Shown here: piece after piece, positions 36,882-47,360 of the stretch
Layout of the letters: the number at the start of each line of letters is the position of its first letter
How positions within the stretch are numbered: the first letter of the stretch is position 1
Assembly: GCA_024653945.1 (NCBI GenBank)
Contig: JANLIT010000004.1
Location: 77,281-141,280, forward strand
Origin: Candidatus Campbellbacteria bacterium
Lineage (GTDB): Bacteria > Patescibacteriota > Minisyncoccia > Phycocordibacterales > EsbW-18
Reading direction: 5' to 3'
Length of the DNA: 64,000 nt
Notes under the pieces: model-generated
Seen by the model: the letters and a program-made list of their open reading frames with translations, nothing else
Told to the model about the DNA's origin: nothing
The model's database searches: none
Translations under genes and position numbers: made by a program

Positions 36882-37619
36882 CTATCCCTTTTTTGTTCCC
36901 CAAATACAGACCGCGGGAAGCATTTTTTCTAATATGTGTATATCTTTTGTAGTAGCACTAATTTTTTCCTCTAGAATATTTACTAAAGAGAGTATTTCAT
37001 GTAAATCACTTGTGTGTGTATTTTTAAGCAAGGCGACGAGAGACGGATTATTGTGCCATGTTACTTTTTCTATTTTTACACCACCTTGTTGAAGGGTATC
37101 TGTAACACGTGAGAAGTTCACATACGCAGCAAATTTTGTTTCAGGAATCAACTTCTTTACAAAAGAATACTTTTTGGACAGGTTACAGAGTGCAACATGA
37201 AAATGTTCCTTGAGATTTGAAGGATAGAGCGCGTGTCCAAGGTCATACAAATGAATGATGCGTCCGTTTGATTTCAAAAGGTCAACAGAAAACTGTAAGA
37301 ATGTTTCTAAATCTTTGACATGTTCAAGAACACTTAAAGACACAACGACATCAAACATACCCCTCCACCTTTCTTCATCTTCACCATATCCTAAACGCCC
37401 CTCAACTGAGGCTGTTGGAAATGATTTGAGTATCGTGCGGGCTTGAGCTGCTTCGCTCTTGTTTGGTTCAAATCCCACATATCGCATCTGTGGATATTTT
37501 TTGAGAAGTTCAATGAAATTCTTTGACTGTCCCGATCCAAGATCTCCAATTGCCAAATCTGGCTTCTGTATCAACATCTTTTCAATTTCATCTATAACAA
37601 AGAATTTTGATGGTTTCAT
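36882..37619 (-). CDS. Class I SAM-dependent methyltransferase
   Basis: DLGSGQS motif I and FDVVVSLSVLEHV motif II. The start is probably MKPSKFF. Confidence 0.6.
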   Translation of the reverse strand: MKPSKFFVIDEIEKMLIQKPDLAIGDLGSGQSKNFIELLKKYPQMRYVGFEPNKSEAAQARTILKSFPTASVEGRLGYGEDEERWRGMFDVVVSLSVLEHVKDLETFLQFSVDLLKSNGRIIHLYDLGHALYPSNLKEHFHVALCNLSKKYSFVKKLIPETKFAAYVNFSRVTDTLQQGGVKIEKVTWHNNPSLVALLKNTHTSDLHEILSLVNILEEKISATTKDIHILEKMLPAVCIWGTKKG

Positions 37620-37629
37620 AGAATAGGAA

Positions 37630-38376
37630 CTACCCTTGTAATCTTTGAAACTTTTGACGAGGTATGGCAAGCACATCAATCACAATTCCCCCTTGATTGA
37701 AAAAAAACAGTTTTGGCTCGTACCATAACACAATCATCCATAAATAAAAAAATCGGTTTCCATTAACATAAAATGTATAGTCTTTAAGTGCTTTGTGAAT
37801 TTTTTTTAAAGGGTGTTTGTTATTCTTCCTGAGGTCTGGCAAAAAAAATTCAAAAAAGATAAAAGGTTTGTACTGTTTGATTGTGTTCTTGGCCCCCTCA
37901 AACACTTCCGGCTCATGTCCCTCTACATCAATCTTGATAAAATCTACCTGACCTAAGTTAAGGCTATCTAGTGTTTTAAGTGGCACGTTTCCACCTTCAT
38001 GTATTGCAAACGCACCAGTGTTAGTGGAATCGGGTGTTGTCATTGTTACAGTGCCATTTTTTGCCCCCAACGCACACTCGTGAACCTCAACATTAGTTAT
38101 TTTGTTTTGCTCTATATTTTTATAAAGATATTTTCTATTTTCTGTGACTGGCTCAAAAGCGTGTACTCTGTGGGAAGCTTTGGCTAGAGGAATGACCGTG
38201 GTGCCTATATGTGCTCCTATATCCAACACAACACTATCAGATGTAATGTATTTCAATATCGTTTCAATATTTTCTGAATAAAAAAACCCCGTCTTTTCAA
38301 AATGACGCGCCATTCTCGTATTGGTACTCACGTCAAATGTAAACTTACCGTACCTACTTTCAAAAGTTTTCTCCAT
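37630..38376 (-). CDS. FkbM-family methyltransferase
   Basis: VLDIGAHIGTTVIPLA, VHAFEPV and FIKIDVEGHE match the FkbM family. Confidence 0.65.
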   Translation of the reverse strand: MEKTFESRYGKFTFDVSTNTRMARHFEKTGFFYSENIETILKYITSDSVVLDIGAHIGTTVIPLAKASHRVHAFEPVTENRKYLYKNIEQNKITNVEVHECALGAKNGTVTMTTPDSTNTGAFAIHEGGNVPLKTLDSLNLGQVDFIKIDVEGHEPEVFEGAKNTIKQYKPFIFFEFFLPDLRKNNKHPLKKIHKALKDYTFYVNGNRFFYLWMIVLWYEPKLFFFNQGGIVIDVLAIPRQKFQRLQG

Positions 38377-38617
38377 ACTATGTCAGAAAAAATGTTTATT
38401 ATATGTATTCACATGTTCACACAAATAGGATGGTAGCACATGATAAGAACTCACAGTAGGGACAAAAAAGAAAGTGTACGCTACACCTTGTTAGAAATCT
38501 AACAGTTACAAACACTCTCATACTTTAAAAAACGCGATTGGTGTGTACAGCTAATACAATTGTCTACATGATGGAAACCATTTGGTTTCCCATTTCTAAC
38601 GGGGTACACTAGCATAT

Positions 38618-39904
38618 ATGCAAGATACGAAAAACAAGATAGTACAATTCCTTCGTTGGAGTGAACAATATACAAAGACAGACATGCTCTACTTGGCAAA
38701 GGGCGGTTTCTGGATAACATTCGGACGTGTCATAAGCGCTGGTTCTGGTTTTTTACTTACACTCCTGCTCGCAAACACCATATCAAAAGAAGCTCTTGGT
38801 AACTATAAATTTGTCCAGTCCTTTGCTGGAATTATTATGTCGTTTTCTCTCACAGGAATGGGTGCGGCTATTATTCAATCTGTAGCACGTGGAAACGATG
38901 GAGTGATACGTGAGGGTTTCAAAACATTTCTTTCGTGGAGTGTTCTCATGACCGCCATCGCCTGGGGTTCTGCAATCTACTATTTTTTAAACGGAAATAT
39001 CGTGCTTGGGTGGTCATTGGTTGTCATTGGTATTACTCTTCCCCTCCAGGCCGGTGGTTTTTTTAGTCCTTTTCTTATTGGGAAAAAAGAATTCAAAACA
39101 GAAACTATTTTTGGTGTTGTGTGCACTATTGTTCCACTACTTGCAACAGGGGTAACTGCACTTTTTACAGATGTTACTTCTTTTCTTGTTTTGGCGTTTT
39201 TTGGAACAAGCGCTTTTGTAGGAATGATTTTCTATCATATTACATTGAAACGGTACAACCCACCACGAGAAACGGAGGTGAAAGCACTCACCTATGGAAA
39301 ACACTTGAGTGTTATGAATATACTTGGTTCGATTTCGTTGCAACTTGATCGCCTCCTTGTTTTTCACTATTTAGGAGCGGCACAAATGGCATTGTATGCG
39401 GTTGCGCTTGCCGCACCACAACAACTTCGTTTTGGAAGTAAACTCCTTGCCACAATGGCACTGCCAAAACTTAGCGGAACAGATCCAGCGCCTATATATA
39501 AAACACTGCCCCGAAAAGCTTTATTGGTATTTTGTGGCTCTCTTCTTATTACCTTTGTATATATCATGCTTGCTCCGTTGTTTTTTAAACTTTTTTTTCC
39601 AACATACGGCGATGCGATCATCTACTCTCAAGTATTTGCACTCGTTATACTTTTTTTTCCCGCAGCGTTATTTCAACAATTTCTTGTTGGACAAATGCAA
39701 CAAAAATGGCTCTACATTCTACAAACAAGTATTCCATTTGTGAAAATAGTGCTTCTCTTTATTTTTCTTCCACTCTATGGGATATGGGGAGCACTCATCT
39801 CTATTCTAGGAATGGAAGTGGTTCGCATGATTACTATACTCAGTATCTTTTTTAAACTTTCAAAAGATTCTCAAAAACTCACACAAAGTAGTGATGTGTT
39901 GTAA
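38618..39904 (+). CDS. Oligosaccharide flippase (Wzx / polysaccharide biosynthesis protein family)
   Basis: 428 aa with about 12 TM helices and a Wzx-like N-terminus (AKGGFWITFGRVISAGSGFLLTLLLAN). Confidence 0.7.
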   Translation: MQDTKNKIVQFLRWSEQYTKTDMLYLAKGGFWITFGRVISAGSGFLLTLLLANTISKEALGNYKFVQSFAGIIMSFSLTGMGAAIIQSVARGNDGVIREGFKTFLSWSVLMTAIAWGSAIYYFLNGNIVLGWSLVVIGITLPLQAGGFFSPFLIGKKEFKTETIFGVVCTIVPLLATGVTALFTDVTSFLVLAFFGTSAFVGMIFYHITLKRYNPPRETEVKALTYGKHLSVMNILGSISLQLDRLLVFHYLGAAQMALYAVALAAPQQLRFGSKLLATMALPKLSGTDPAPIYKTLPRKALLVFCGSLLITFVYIMLAPLFFKLFFPTYGDAIIYSQVFALVILFFPAALFQQFLVGQMQQKWLYILQTSIPFVKIVLLFIFLPLYGIWGALISILGMEVVRMITILSIFFKLSKDSQKLTQSSDVL

Positions 39905-39915
39905 TATATGTCCGT

Positions 39916-40497
39916 ATGGAAACTATAGTTCAAAAAGTTATCTCACATATGGGAAAGAACTCAGGAGGCTTTACTCTTCATTATCTCTTTCTATATAACC
40001 TTATTATCGGCATGGAAGCAAAAAATGTTCTTGAGTTAGGTGCGGGGTTTTCTACACCAGTTATTCTTGGTGCACTTGAAAAAACTGGTGGAAAACTTAT
40101 TACCTGTGACCAACGAAGTGTCGCTGAAACGGGAAACGACCCTGCCCTAAAACAGCAGTATCCGTCGTGGAAATTCCTTCAAGGAAAAACCGGGGAAACT
40201 TTGGCACAAATACAAGATGAGGTTTTTGATGTGGTACTCCATGATGCATCTCATGATGTCTTTCCTGTATACCAAGATTTACGAAAAATTATTCCACATG
40301 TAAAACAAAACGGTATCATTCTTGTTCACGACACTGAACATCCTGCATTTCGTCTTAGGTGGGCTGTGCGTCTTGCGTTTCTCTTTACACCACACGAAAA
40401 AGTAACACTCCCTTATGGATACGGCTTAACCATTGTGAGAATTCTCAAAGATTTTGGTAATGGCGAAGTTTTGTTAACGTGGAAGAAGGGTTCGTAG
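39916..40497 (+). CDS. Class I SAM-dependent methyltransferase (small, O-methyltransferase-like)
   Basis: VLELGAGFSTPVILGAL motif I and VLHDASHD. Confidence 0.55.
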   Translation: METIVQKVISHMGKNSGGFTLHYLFLYNLIIGMEAKNVLELGAGFSTPVILGALEKTGGKLITCDQRSVAETGNDPALKQQYPSWKFLQGKTGETLAQIQDEVFDVVLHDASHDVFPVYQDLRKIIPHVKQNGIILVHDTEHPAFRLRWAVRLAFLFTPHEKVTLPYGYGLTIVRILKDFGNGEVLLTWKKGS

Positions 40498-40498
40498 T

Positions 40499-41155
40499 TT
40501 ACTTCTTAAATATCAACGACGGACCACACACCGAATAGAGTGTGAAACCTTTTGTATACAAAAAAGAATAGATCGCACTTTCTTGTGGTCTTTCAATATT
40601 GAATATGTGGTCTTCAATAACAATGACGTGGGTCGGAATATTCCAATTATGAGACCACAGTACTTGCATATCGGACCCTTCGGCATCAATTGAAAGCACA
40701 TCAATTTCTTTGATATTCTCCTGTATAAGAATTTTTGAAAGTGGGCAGAGTGTTACCATTTCCGTCTTTTGGAGCAGTATGCCCTGTGATTGCCACACGT
40801 GTGCTTGTGCTTCGTTCGTAGTGTTATATGCAGAATCAGTAAAGTGAAAATATTTCTCGTTGGATTCTTTCTCTCCAATTCCTACAGAGTAAAACTTGTC
40901 TCTTGGACGAAATATTTTAAAAAGTAGCTGTGCTTCTTTGTTCGGATCAATAACAATTCCACGCCACCCCCGATGATACAAAAAATAGGTATTAGAATAT
41001 TGGGTTGGATGAAACGCACCAACATCAACATATAATCCGTTTTTCTTCCGAAGGAGTGGTGCTAACACCACATCTTCACCGAATTGCGAAAATGAACGAA
41101 TACTTCCTTTTTTAAGAAACAACTTAATAATAGTTTTTAGAATTTTAAAAAACAT
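40499..41155 (-). CDS. FkbM-family methyltransferase
   Basis: FSQFGEDVVLAPLL, IVIDPN and LSIDAEGSDMQVL match the FkbM family. Confidence 0.6.
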   Translation of the reverse strand: MFFKILKTIIKLFLKKGSIRSFSQFGEDVVLAPLLRKKNGLYVDVGAFHPTQYSNTYFLYHRGWRGIVIDPNKEAQLLFKIFRPRDKFYSVGIGEKESNEKYFHFTDSAYNTTNEAQAHVWQSQGILLQKTEMVTLCPLSKILIQENIKEIDVLSIDAEGSDMQVLWSHNWNIPTHVIVIEDHIFNIERPQESAIYSFLYTKGFTLYSVCGPSLIFKK

Positions 41156-41156
41156 A

Positions 41157-42050
41157 TCAGTATAGTGCACGGAGAAGACGAGAGCCACACGGAATACAAG
41201 AGAGAATATACAAGACCCAGTATGGCACCATCTTTATGTGGTAATGGGCCGCATCATGTGCATAGCAACGCGCTCTTTTTACGTCTCCAGCAAGCAGTAG
41301 ACCCATTGCCGTACCGTAACAGTAATCCGCGTACCGCGGTGCGCTTATTGCTTTGAGGTACGCTCCGTGACGCTCTAGAAAACCCACGAGGTGTGAGGCA
41401 CGTTCAATTGCATACTGTGCGTTTTTCTTTTTTCTTGAAGATGTGAGCGAACCTTCATTGGGACTATTGTGCACATCAGCGAGCATTTCGTCTAAGTGAT
41501 ACCACTTTCCTCTTTCAATAAGCTCAACGTTAACCAAAAAATCAATATTTCTTGATTTATAGGATATCTGCTTCATTACATTCGTTCGTGCAACACGAAC
41601 TTTTTCGTTACTTGGAAGTTTTTTACACAATATATCCGCGAGCATAACCTCTCCTGTTGAAAAATGTGGATATGTTTTTTCTTTTCCACCTATAAGAATA
41701 CGTGCTGGTGCAGAAACAATAGATACGGTTGGTTGCTGTTTAAAAGTAGAAATAATTTTCTCTAGTGCATAAGGATATAATTCATCATCACTGTCCCATA
41801 CAAGAATATAGTCCCCTCTTGCTTCTTGGATACCCCGATTTCGAACCATGGAGGCACCACTGTTGTTTGAAAGTTTAATATAGCGCACTCGAGGGTCCGT
41901 AATCGCTTTCATTAATTGCTCGGTACCGTCAGTTGAACCATCGTCAACAACAAGCACCTCAATATCTTGATGGGTTTGTTTCAAAACACTCCTGAGTGAT
42001 TTTGGGAGTGTGTCTTCACGGTTATATGTTGCTAGAACGATGGTTATCAT
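41157..42050 (-). CDS. Family 2 glycosyltransferase
   Basis: MITIVLATYNREDTLPKSLRSVLKQTHQDIEVLVVDDGSTDGT is the GT2 N-terminal signature, and DSDD is present. Confidence 0.75.
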   Translation of the reverse strand: MITIVLATYNREDTLPKSLRSVLKQTHQDIEVLVVDDGSTDGTEQLMKAITDPRVRYIKLSNNSGASMVRNRGIQEARGDYILVWDSDDELYPYALEKIISTFKQQPTVSIVSAPARILIGGKEKTYPHFSTGEVMLADILCKKLPSNEKVRVARTNVMKQISYKSRNIDFLVNVELIERGKWYHLDEMLADVHNSPNEGSLTSSRKKKNAQYAIERASHLVGFLERHGAYLKAISAPRYADYCYGTAMGLLLAGDVKRARCYAHDAAHYHIKMVPYWVLYILSCIPCGSRLLRALY

Positions 42051-42433
42051 TGTATCTCCTTTTCATTTTTAGAACGCACAACCAATTCGCCTTTCGTATA
42101 TGCAATAGAGTTGGGGGGAATATTCTTTGTAATAACTGCGTTGGCACCAATAACACTTCCTTTACCAATAGTAATTCCACCAATAATTTTTGCTCCCGTA
42201 AAAATAGTTACATCATCTTCAATGGTAGGCCACCCTTGATTATTTCCAGTTTCTTTCCCTCCAATAGTGACGCATGAAAAAATGAGAACATTTTTTCCTA
42301 TTTTTGCTTCGTTGGAAACCACCACCCCAACAGCATGAGGAAACCTCACGTGTTTTGAAAAAAGATATCGAAATGGTATTTCACTTGAAAAAAACGCCCT
42401 TATTCTATTGAGTTTTTTTGAAGAAAAAGCCAT
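42047..42433 (-). CDS. Hexapeptide-repeat (LbH) acetyltransferase, WcaB/serine-acetyltransferase-like
   Basis: Repeated [LIV]GxxxxI hexapeptides (IGKNVLIFSCVTIGG...IFTGAKIIGGITIGKGSVIGANAVI). Confidence 0.65.
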   Translation of the reverse strand: MAFSSKKLNRIRAFFSSEIPFRYLFSKHVRFPHAVGVVVSNEAKIGKNVLIFSCVTIGGKETGNNQGWPTIEDDVTIFTGAKIIGGITIGKGSVIGANAVITKNIPPNSIAYTKGELVVRSKNEKEIQ

Positions 42434-42437
42434 GGGA

Positions 42438-43259
42438 TTATTTTTTATATCCAGTAATAATGTATCGTTGTTTTTTCTTTGTTGGCTCAATCACTATAGT
42501 ATATATCTCTCGCAACGCGGAAAGAAACTGCTCAAGGGATATTTTTATAAGGTCTTCGTGTACCTCTCCAAGTATGGCGCGGACATGTGTAAGCGCCTCT
42601 ATATTAGAAAGCAAAAACTCTTCTGCACCTTCAATATCGAAAACAAGCAAGTCTATCCCTTTGGAGCCATACGTTTCCAAAATGTCACGCAATGTGATAC
42701 TCGGTACTTTAACTTTTTGCACATCTGACGAACGCTGGGTGAGCGATGAAGAAAGTGATTGTTGGTGAACAAAAAAATTCACTTCGCCACGAGAACCAGA
42801 AACAGCGCCGTGTACCAACGTACTGTTTGCAATACCTGTCAAACGTTCTTTAAGGAGTGGAAGAATTTTTGGGTTTGGTTCAACGGCAATAATATGGGCA
42901 CGTGGAAATAGTGTGTGCAAAAAAAGAGTGGAGATTCCTGTGTTTGCCCCTAAATCAACAATGGTCTGTGGTTCAAATGACAACTGAATATGGTATACCC
43001 TCCGACAAAAAAATTCATAGAGCAGTGCAACTTCTTCATGAGAGCGTAGGGTAACATCAAATGTGGTGTTGTTGTACGAGAGGTGAAACGGAATTGTATA
43101 GTTAAGTGAGGATTCGGGTATGCGTACTAGTGTGTGTTGAAAAGATCTATATATAAGAACACTAAAAATCCGTATCTTCTCATATATGTTTGCACCAAGA
43201 AGAGCGACGGAGATACTTTCTTGTATTCTTTTAAAGAATCGATTGGATACTTTTTTCAT
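42438..43259 (-). CDS. FkbM-family methyltransferase
   Basis: IVDLGANTGISTLFL, IIAVEPNP and LVFDIEGAEE. Confidence 0.6.
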   Translation of the reverse strand: MKKVSNRFFKRIQESISVALLGANIYEKIRIFSVLIYRSFQHTLVRIPESSLNYTIPFHLSYNNTTFDVTLRSHEEVALLYEFFCRRVYHIQLSFEPQTIVDLGANTGISTLFLHTLFPRAHIIAVEPNPKILPLLKERLTGIANSTLVHGAVSGSRGEVNFFVHQQSLSSSLTQRSSDVQKVKVPSITLRDILETYGSKGIDLLVFDIEGAEEFLLSNIEALTHVRAILGEVHEDLIKISLEQFLSALREIYTIVIEPTKKKQRYIITGYKK

Positions 43260-44373
43260 ATTCCTTTGTCACCTGCACAATATCAAACCGAAGCGCGGTC
43301 TCGTGACAGTTTTTTTGAATTTGAGCGTGGTTTTGTTCGAGTAGCTTTACGCACAAAGACATTTTTTTCTCCACTTCGTTTGGATTTTGTTCAGCAATGT
43401 AACCGTTATATCCGTCACGAAGAAATTCGTCTACACCCGGAACTTGAGTTGAAACCATTGGCAAACCGAAAGTCATTGCTTCAATGCCCACATTTGGGAA
43501 TCCTTCACGCTTTGACGTAAGAACAAAGAAATCACTGGCCGCATACCACGCAAATACATCGTCCCGGTATCCAAGAAGGTGTACTGTACTCTGTAACCCT
43601 CTCTCCCGTATGTACTGCCCTAACCGTTCGCGCTCCACACCATCTCCAACAATCACGAGATGATATTTTGGATGTGTTTGGGTAAAAATTACAAATGCAT
43701 CAACGAGAAGCGTGTGATTTTTTTGTGGTTTTAATCGTGCAATATTGAGAATGATTTTTTCATCCTCCAACAAACCAATTTCTGACCGCACTCGCCGTTT
43801 TTCTTGTTCTTCACCTATTAAAAACCTTTCTACCGCACCAATATCAACCCCATTGTGAATAACGGTGATTTTTTCTCTAGAAATCCATGCTTGTTTAGAG
43901 ATAAAATCTGCAACAGATGAAGAAACAGCAACGAGTACGTCCGAGAATGGGGCAAGTATAAAATCAATTATTCGGTGATATATTTTCTTTTCTTCGTATG
44001 TATTGTGTTCACGTGTGATAACCTTATATGCAAAAAATAGTTTTAAGATGCGCACAATCGCATTTGCTGAAAACATACTACTAACCACCGCGTCTGGATG
44101 AAGAGTTTTAAAAAGAGTATACAGCGCTCTCCACTGACCAATATCTGATGCTCCAGCAAAATTCAACCTATGTATAGCAACATCTTGTGGAACATCTTTA
44201 TACAACGACGGAAGCTGTGGCCGTTCAAAAAGTGTTACAAGAGAAAGAATAAACTGTTCCCGATTAAAATGCCGAAGGAGTTTTAGTGTGTGCATTTCTA
44301 TTCCACCACCCGAGAGTAAGCTCGGGAGCACAAACATGACGTGTATTTTTTTGTGTTGATTACCTTTGTCCAT
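43231..44373 (-). CDS. Family 4 glycosyltransferase
   Basis: GT4 C-terminal core (ASDFFVLTSKREGFPNVGIEAMTFGLPMVST). Confidence 0.7.
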   Translation of the reverse strand: MDKGNQHKKIHVMFVLPSLLSGGGIEMHTLKLLRHFNREQFILSLVTLFERPQLPSLYKDVPQDVAIHRLNFAGASDIGQWRALYTLFKTLHPDAVVSSMFSANAIVRILKLFFAYKVITREHNTYEEKKIYHRIIDFILAPFSDVLVAVSSSVADFISKQAWISREKITVIHNGVDIGAVERFLIGEEQEKRRVRSEIGLLEDEKIILNIARLKPQKNHTLLVDAFVIFTQTHPKYHLVIVGDGVERERLGQYIRERGLQSTVHLLGYRDDVFAWYAASDFFVLTSKREGFPNVGIEAMTFGLPMVSTQVPGVDEFLRDGYNGYIAEQNPNEVEKKMSLCVKLLEQNHAQIQKNCHETALRFDIVQVTKEYEKSIQSIL

Positions 44374-45178
44374 GAAACACTACAACTGCATACAGCCCTG
44401 AGCAAAAAGGAAGAATCCTATCTACTTTGTTAGCCATTATTTTTAACATTTTGTATGCTGGTCTTGTTCGAAACACCGACACGCCGAGAGTGCGTTCCGG
44501 AATTGTAATACAAAAAAAGTGCAGGAAGAACGAACCGAGGCCACCCATTCTATATACCACATACTGACTAGCATTAAACAAGCGTCTGATACGCGCTGGA
44601 GTGTACTGTCGATACCCATGCCATAAGTATAACGGCAGTGACCATAATGACGGAACGATGTGCACTTCAATACCATCGTCAGCACATAATTCACGTGCCT
44701 TCAGAACGGCGGCCGTATCATTGGCAATATGTTCTAGTGACGTATTTGAAATAACGAGATCAAATTTTTTATTGGTATGTAGTGTGGTGATATCTTTGTT
44801 TAAAAACTCCGTTGTAAATGCCGGTTCGGCGTGCAGATTAAATTTCGGTTCTTGTACAATATCTACCCCAGTATAGACGCCGCTGTATCCTGCTAGTGCT
44901 AGCAGTGACCGTGTGTACGCTGTTCCACATCCAATATCAAGGACAGACACACTCTTCGGAGTAAAAATCCTTGGGATCTCGGTACCAACAAAAGAGTCGA
45001 GGTACGAGCGCATTGGAGAATCTTGGGACACACCCTTAAAGCGAGCGCACCAAAAACGCATGCGGAGTGGGTATCTTAACCCAAGCAGGTTTCTAGTAGC
45101 GTTATACAGTAGATACCAAATCTTTTTACCCCATGAAAGGGGTGTATCTCCAGATAGTTCATTCATACTGACTATCAT
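44360..45178 (-). CDS. Class I SAM-dependent methyltransferase
   Basis: VLDIGCGTAYTRSLLALAG motif I. Confidence 0.6.
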   Translation of the reverse strand: MIVSMNELSGDTPLSWGKKIWYLLYNATRNLLGLRYPLRMRFWCARFKGVSQDSPMRSYLDSFVGTEIPRIFTPKSVSVLDIGCGTAYTRSLLALAGYSGVYTGVDIVQEPKFNLHAEPAFTTEFLNKDITTLHTNKKFDLVISNTSLEHIANDTAAVLKARELCADDGIEVHIVPSLWSLPLYLWHGYRQYTPARIRRLFNASQYVVYRMGGLGSFFLHFFCITIPERTLGVSVFRTRPAYKMLKIMANKVDRILPFCSGLYAVVVFHGQR

Positions 45179-45182
45179 ACCA

Positions 45183-46301
45183 CTAGAGACGTTTTCGTAT
45201 TTCTTCAACTAAAAATGGGGTGAATGAGTCAATTCTTAAATATGTTTCAAATGTAGCACGTGCCCTTTTTTGCATCTCCTGAAAAGAGTCTTGGGAGATT
45301 TCTGTGTGAAATGCACTCACACGTTCTGCTGTGGTATATCGATCAGCATAGTCAACAAAAAGACAGAATGCTCTGTAGTTAATTTTATTTTCAAGAGGAA
45401 ACACGCATTCTGTATCAAGAACAAGTGGTATACGTCCGAGAGAAAGTGCTTCGTAAAAACGTGTGGATTGGTTTGCGTCACCCTTTACACACAGTGCGTA
45501 ATCGGTTCCGACAATGTTGTCAATAAATTCTTTGCGTAAGATGGCGGGGTCATCTTCCACTGTTCGCGTATTGCCTGAGTATGAACTTCGTGTTTGAAAT
45601 ACTGTACTAATACCTCCTGAATGTGAAAGTTTTTTTAGTACTTCCCTACGAAGGAAAATACCCTTACGAAACACTCCATCCTTTAAAAATACGAGTGACC
45701 GTGCACGAATAAAACCTTCTTTTATATATGTTCTTAAGTGTTTTCCAACAGAAAGACTAGCCCACCCAACAAAACCAATCGAAGGAATGGCTCCTTTTGT
45801 ACGAAGTGTGAGTACGTTGTTTTGACTTGACTCTAAAAGATCCTCAATGTATGCCGGAATAATAATATCTCGATCTGTCAGCAATCTTCGATATTGAGCA
45901 AATCGTAAAACAATACTATTTGGAATATCTATTGGACGCATAGTGTCTCCAAACGCATCAATAAGTAGTGGTTTGTTGTGTTGTTTGGCACACGCAACGG
46001 TTTCACTGATTCGAGTAGGATTCTTTTTTTGTAACCCCCAAAAGTTAAACGGGAGAAAATGACAATCACACATATCTGGGTTGTCTGTAACGTTATAGTA
46101 TGAGGTATCAAATTGATGTTGTGAGAAAGCTCCTCCAAAAGAAACGGTCTTGTGTGAGCTATCACCCCAGAATGGATACATAAGAGGAGAAACACGTGCT
46201 TCTTCTCTCTGAAAAGTCGGATTAACGTACAACAGTAAAGGTTTCATGTATTCACTATAGCAATAATCTCTTGTGTAAATAGCGTCGATGCCGTGTCCCA
46301 T
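45183..46301 (-). CDS. Exostosin-family (GT47-like) glycosyltransferase
   Basis: The C-terminal region ALCVKGDANQSTRFYEALSLGRIPLVL matches the exostosin GDxxxSxRxxEAL..G.IPV signature. Confidence 0.55.
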   Translation of the reverse strand: MGHGIDAIYTRDYCYSEYMKPLLLYVNPTFQREEARVSPLMYPFWGDSSHKTVSFGGAFSQHQFDTSYYNVTDNPDMCDCHFLPFNFWGLQKKNPTRISETVACAKQHNKPLLIDAFGDTMRPIDIPNSIVLRFAQYRRLLTDRDIIIPAYIEDLLESSQNNVLTLRTKGAIPSIGFVGWASLSVGKHLRTYIKEGFIRARSLVFLKDGVFRKGIFLRREVLKKLSHSGGISTVFQTRSSYSGNTRTVEDDPAILRKEFIDNIVGTDYALCVKGDANQSTRFYEALSLGRIPLVLDTECVFPLENKINYRAFCLFVDYADRYTTAERVSAFHTEISQDSFQEMQKRARATFETYLRIDSFTPFLVEEIRKRL

Positions 46302-47353
46302 GTATATTTTTGTACATGCCGAAGACCTTTTTCAACAAGCTCTGTTCGTAATTTTGTGTCTGAGATAATTTTTTCCATCGCACTCGCTATAGTGTCCGGA
46401 TTGTAGGGGTCAACCAAGAGTGCCGCACCACCTGCAACTTCAGATAACACTGGAATATTGGATGTAATAACAGGAACCCCAACACTCATTGCTTCTGGAA
46501 TAGGAAGACCAAAACCTTCCGCGAGACTACAAAAAACAAATGCAGATGCACTCTTGAGTAGTGACAGTAACTCTTTTTCAGAAACATATCCTGTACGAAT
46601 AAGAGACCCCCCAAACCCCCGACGAGAAACTTCTTCTATAAGACCCATAAGATATGGTGTATCTTTTGTCTTTCCCGCCAAACAAAGTATGTGGGGTGCA
46701 TGTGTTCGTTCTTTAAAGCGAATAAAACCTTCAATGATGCCGTGCATATTTTTCTTATATTTTGTACGGCCAACAAACAAAAAGTATGGTCCTTTAAAAA
46801 ATGTTTGTGGTGCAATATCTTGGGGTACCTCACGAATTCCGTGTGGAACAACCTTTATTTTGTTTAACGATGTGTGATATGTGTCTGCAATTTCCTGTGC
46901 GGTGGCGTGCGTTGCTGTAAAAATAACTCGAGCACGCTTCATTGTGGGGTGAGCTAAAGTGCGCCATATTTTGTGTACAAACCACTGTTTCCACCCCGCC
47001 GTCTCTGGTTCGTAGAGTACTTCGTGACAATACACCGCTGTTTTTATATTCTTAGGAAGAACGAGGGGTAGCAACGGCATGTTAAAAATCAACACATCAG
47101 GAAAACGCTCTCTATGAAAAAAATATTCTTTCAGAAAGTAGAAATTTTTTCCAAGAAACGATTTTGAAATAATGACATTATGTACGTTGTGTGAAAGAGG
47201 AAAAAGTGTAAAAGGCTGTTTTGTATACACCACATATTCGTATTGTGGTGCATATTGTATAAGCCCGTGTAAATATTCGGCGGTCACGTACGCCAAACCA
47301 GACGGCTCGTGTTCTTCGTACGGATCTACAATTACTCCAATGCGTTGACTCAT
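46244..47353 (-). CDS. Family 4 glycosyltransferase
   Basis: FVFCSLAEGFGLPIPEAMSVGVPVITS is the EX7E-type GT4 motif. Confidence 0.7.
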   Translation of the reverse strand: MSQRIGVIVDPYEEHEPSGLAYVTAEYLHGLIQYAPQYEYVVYTKQPFTLFPLSHNVHNVIISKSFLGKNFYFLKEYFFHRERFPDVLIFNMPLLPLVLPKNIKTAVYCHEVLYEPETAGWKQWFVHKIWRTLAHPTMKRARVIFTATHATAQEIADTYHTSLNKIKVVPHGIREVPQDIAPQTFFKGPYFLFVGRTKYKKNMHGIIEGFIRFKERTHAPHILCLAGKTKDTPYLMGLIEEVSRRGFGGSLIRTGYVSEKELLSLLKSASAFVFCSLAEGFGLPIPEAMSVGVPVITSNIPVLSEVAGGAALLVDPYNPDTIASAMEKIISDTKLRTELVEKGLRHVQKYTWDTASTLFTQEIIAIVNT

Positions 47354-47360
47354 GTCAGAT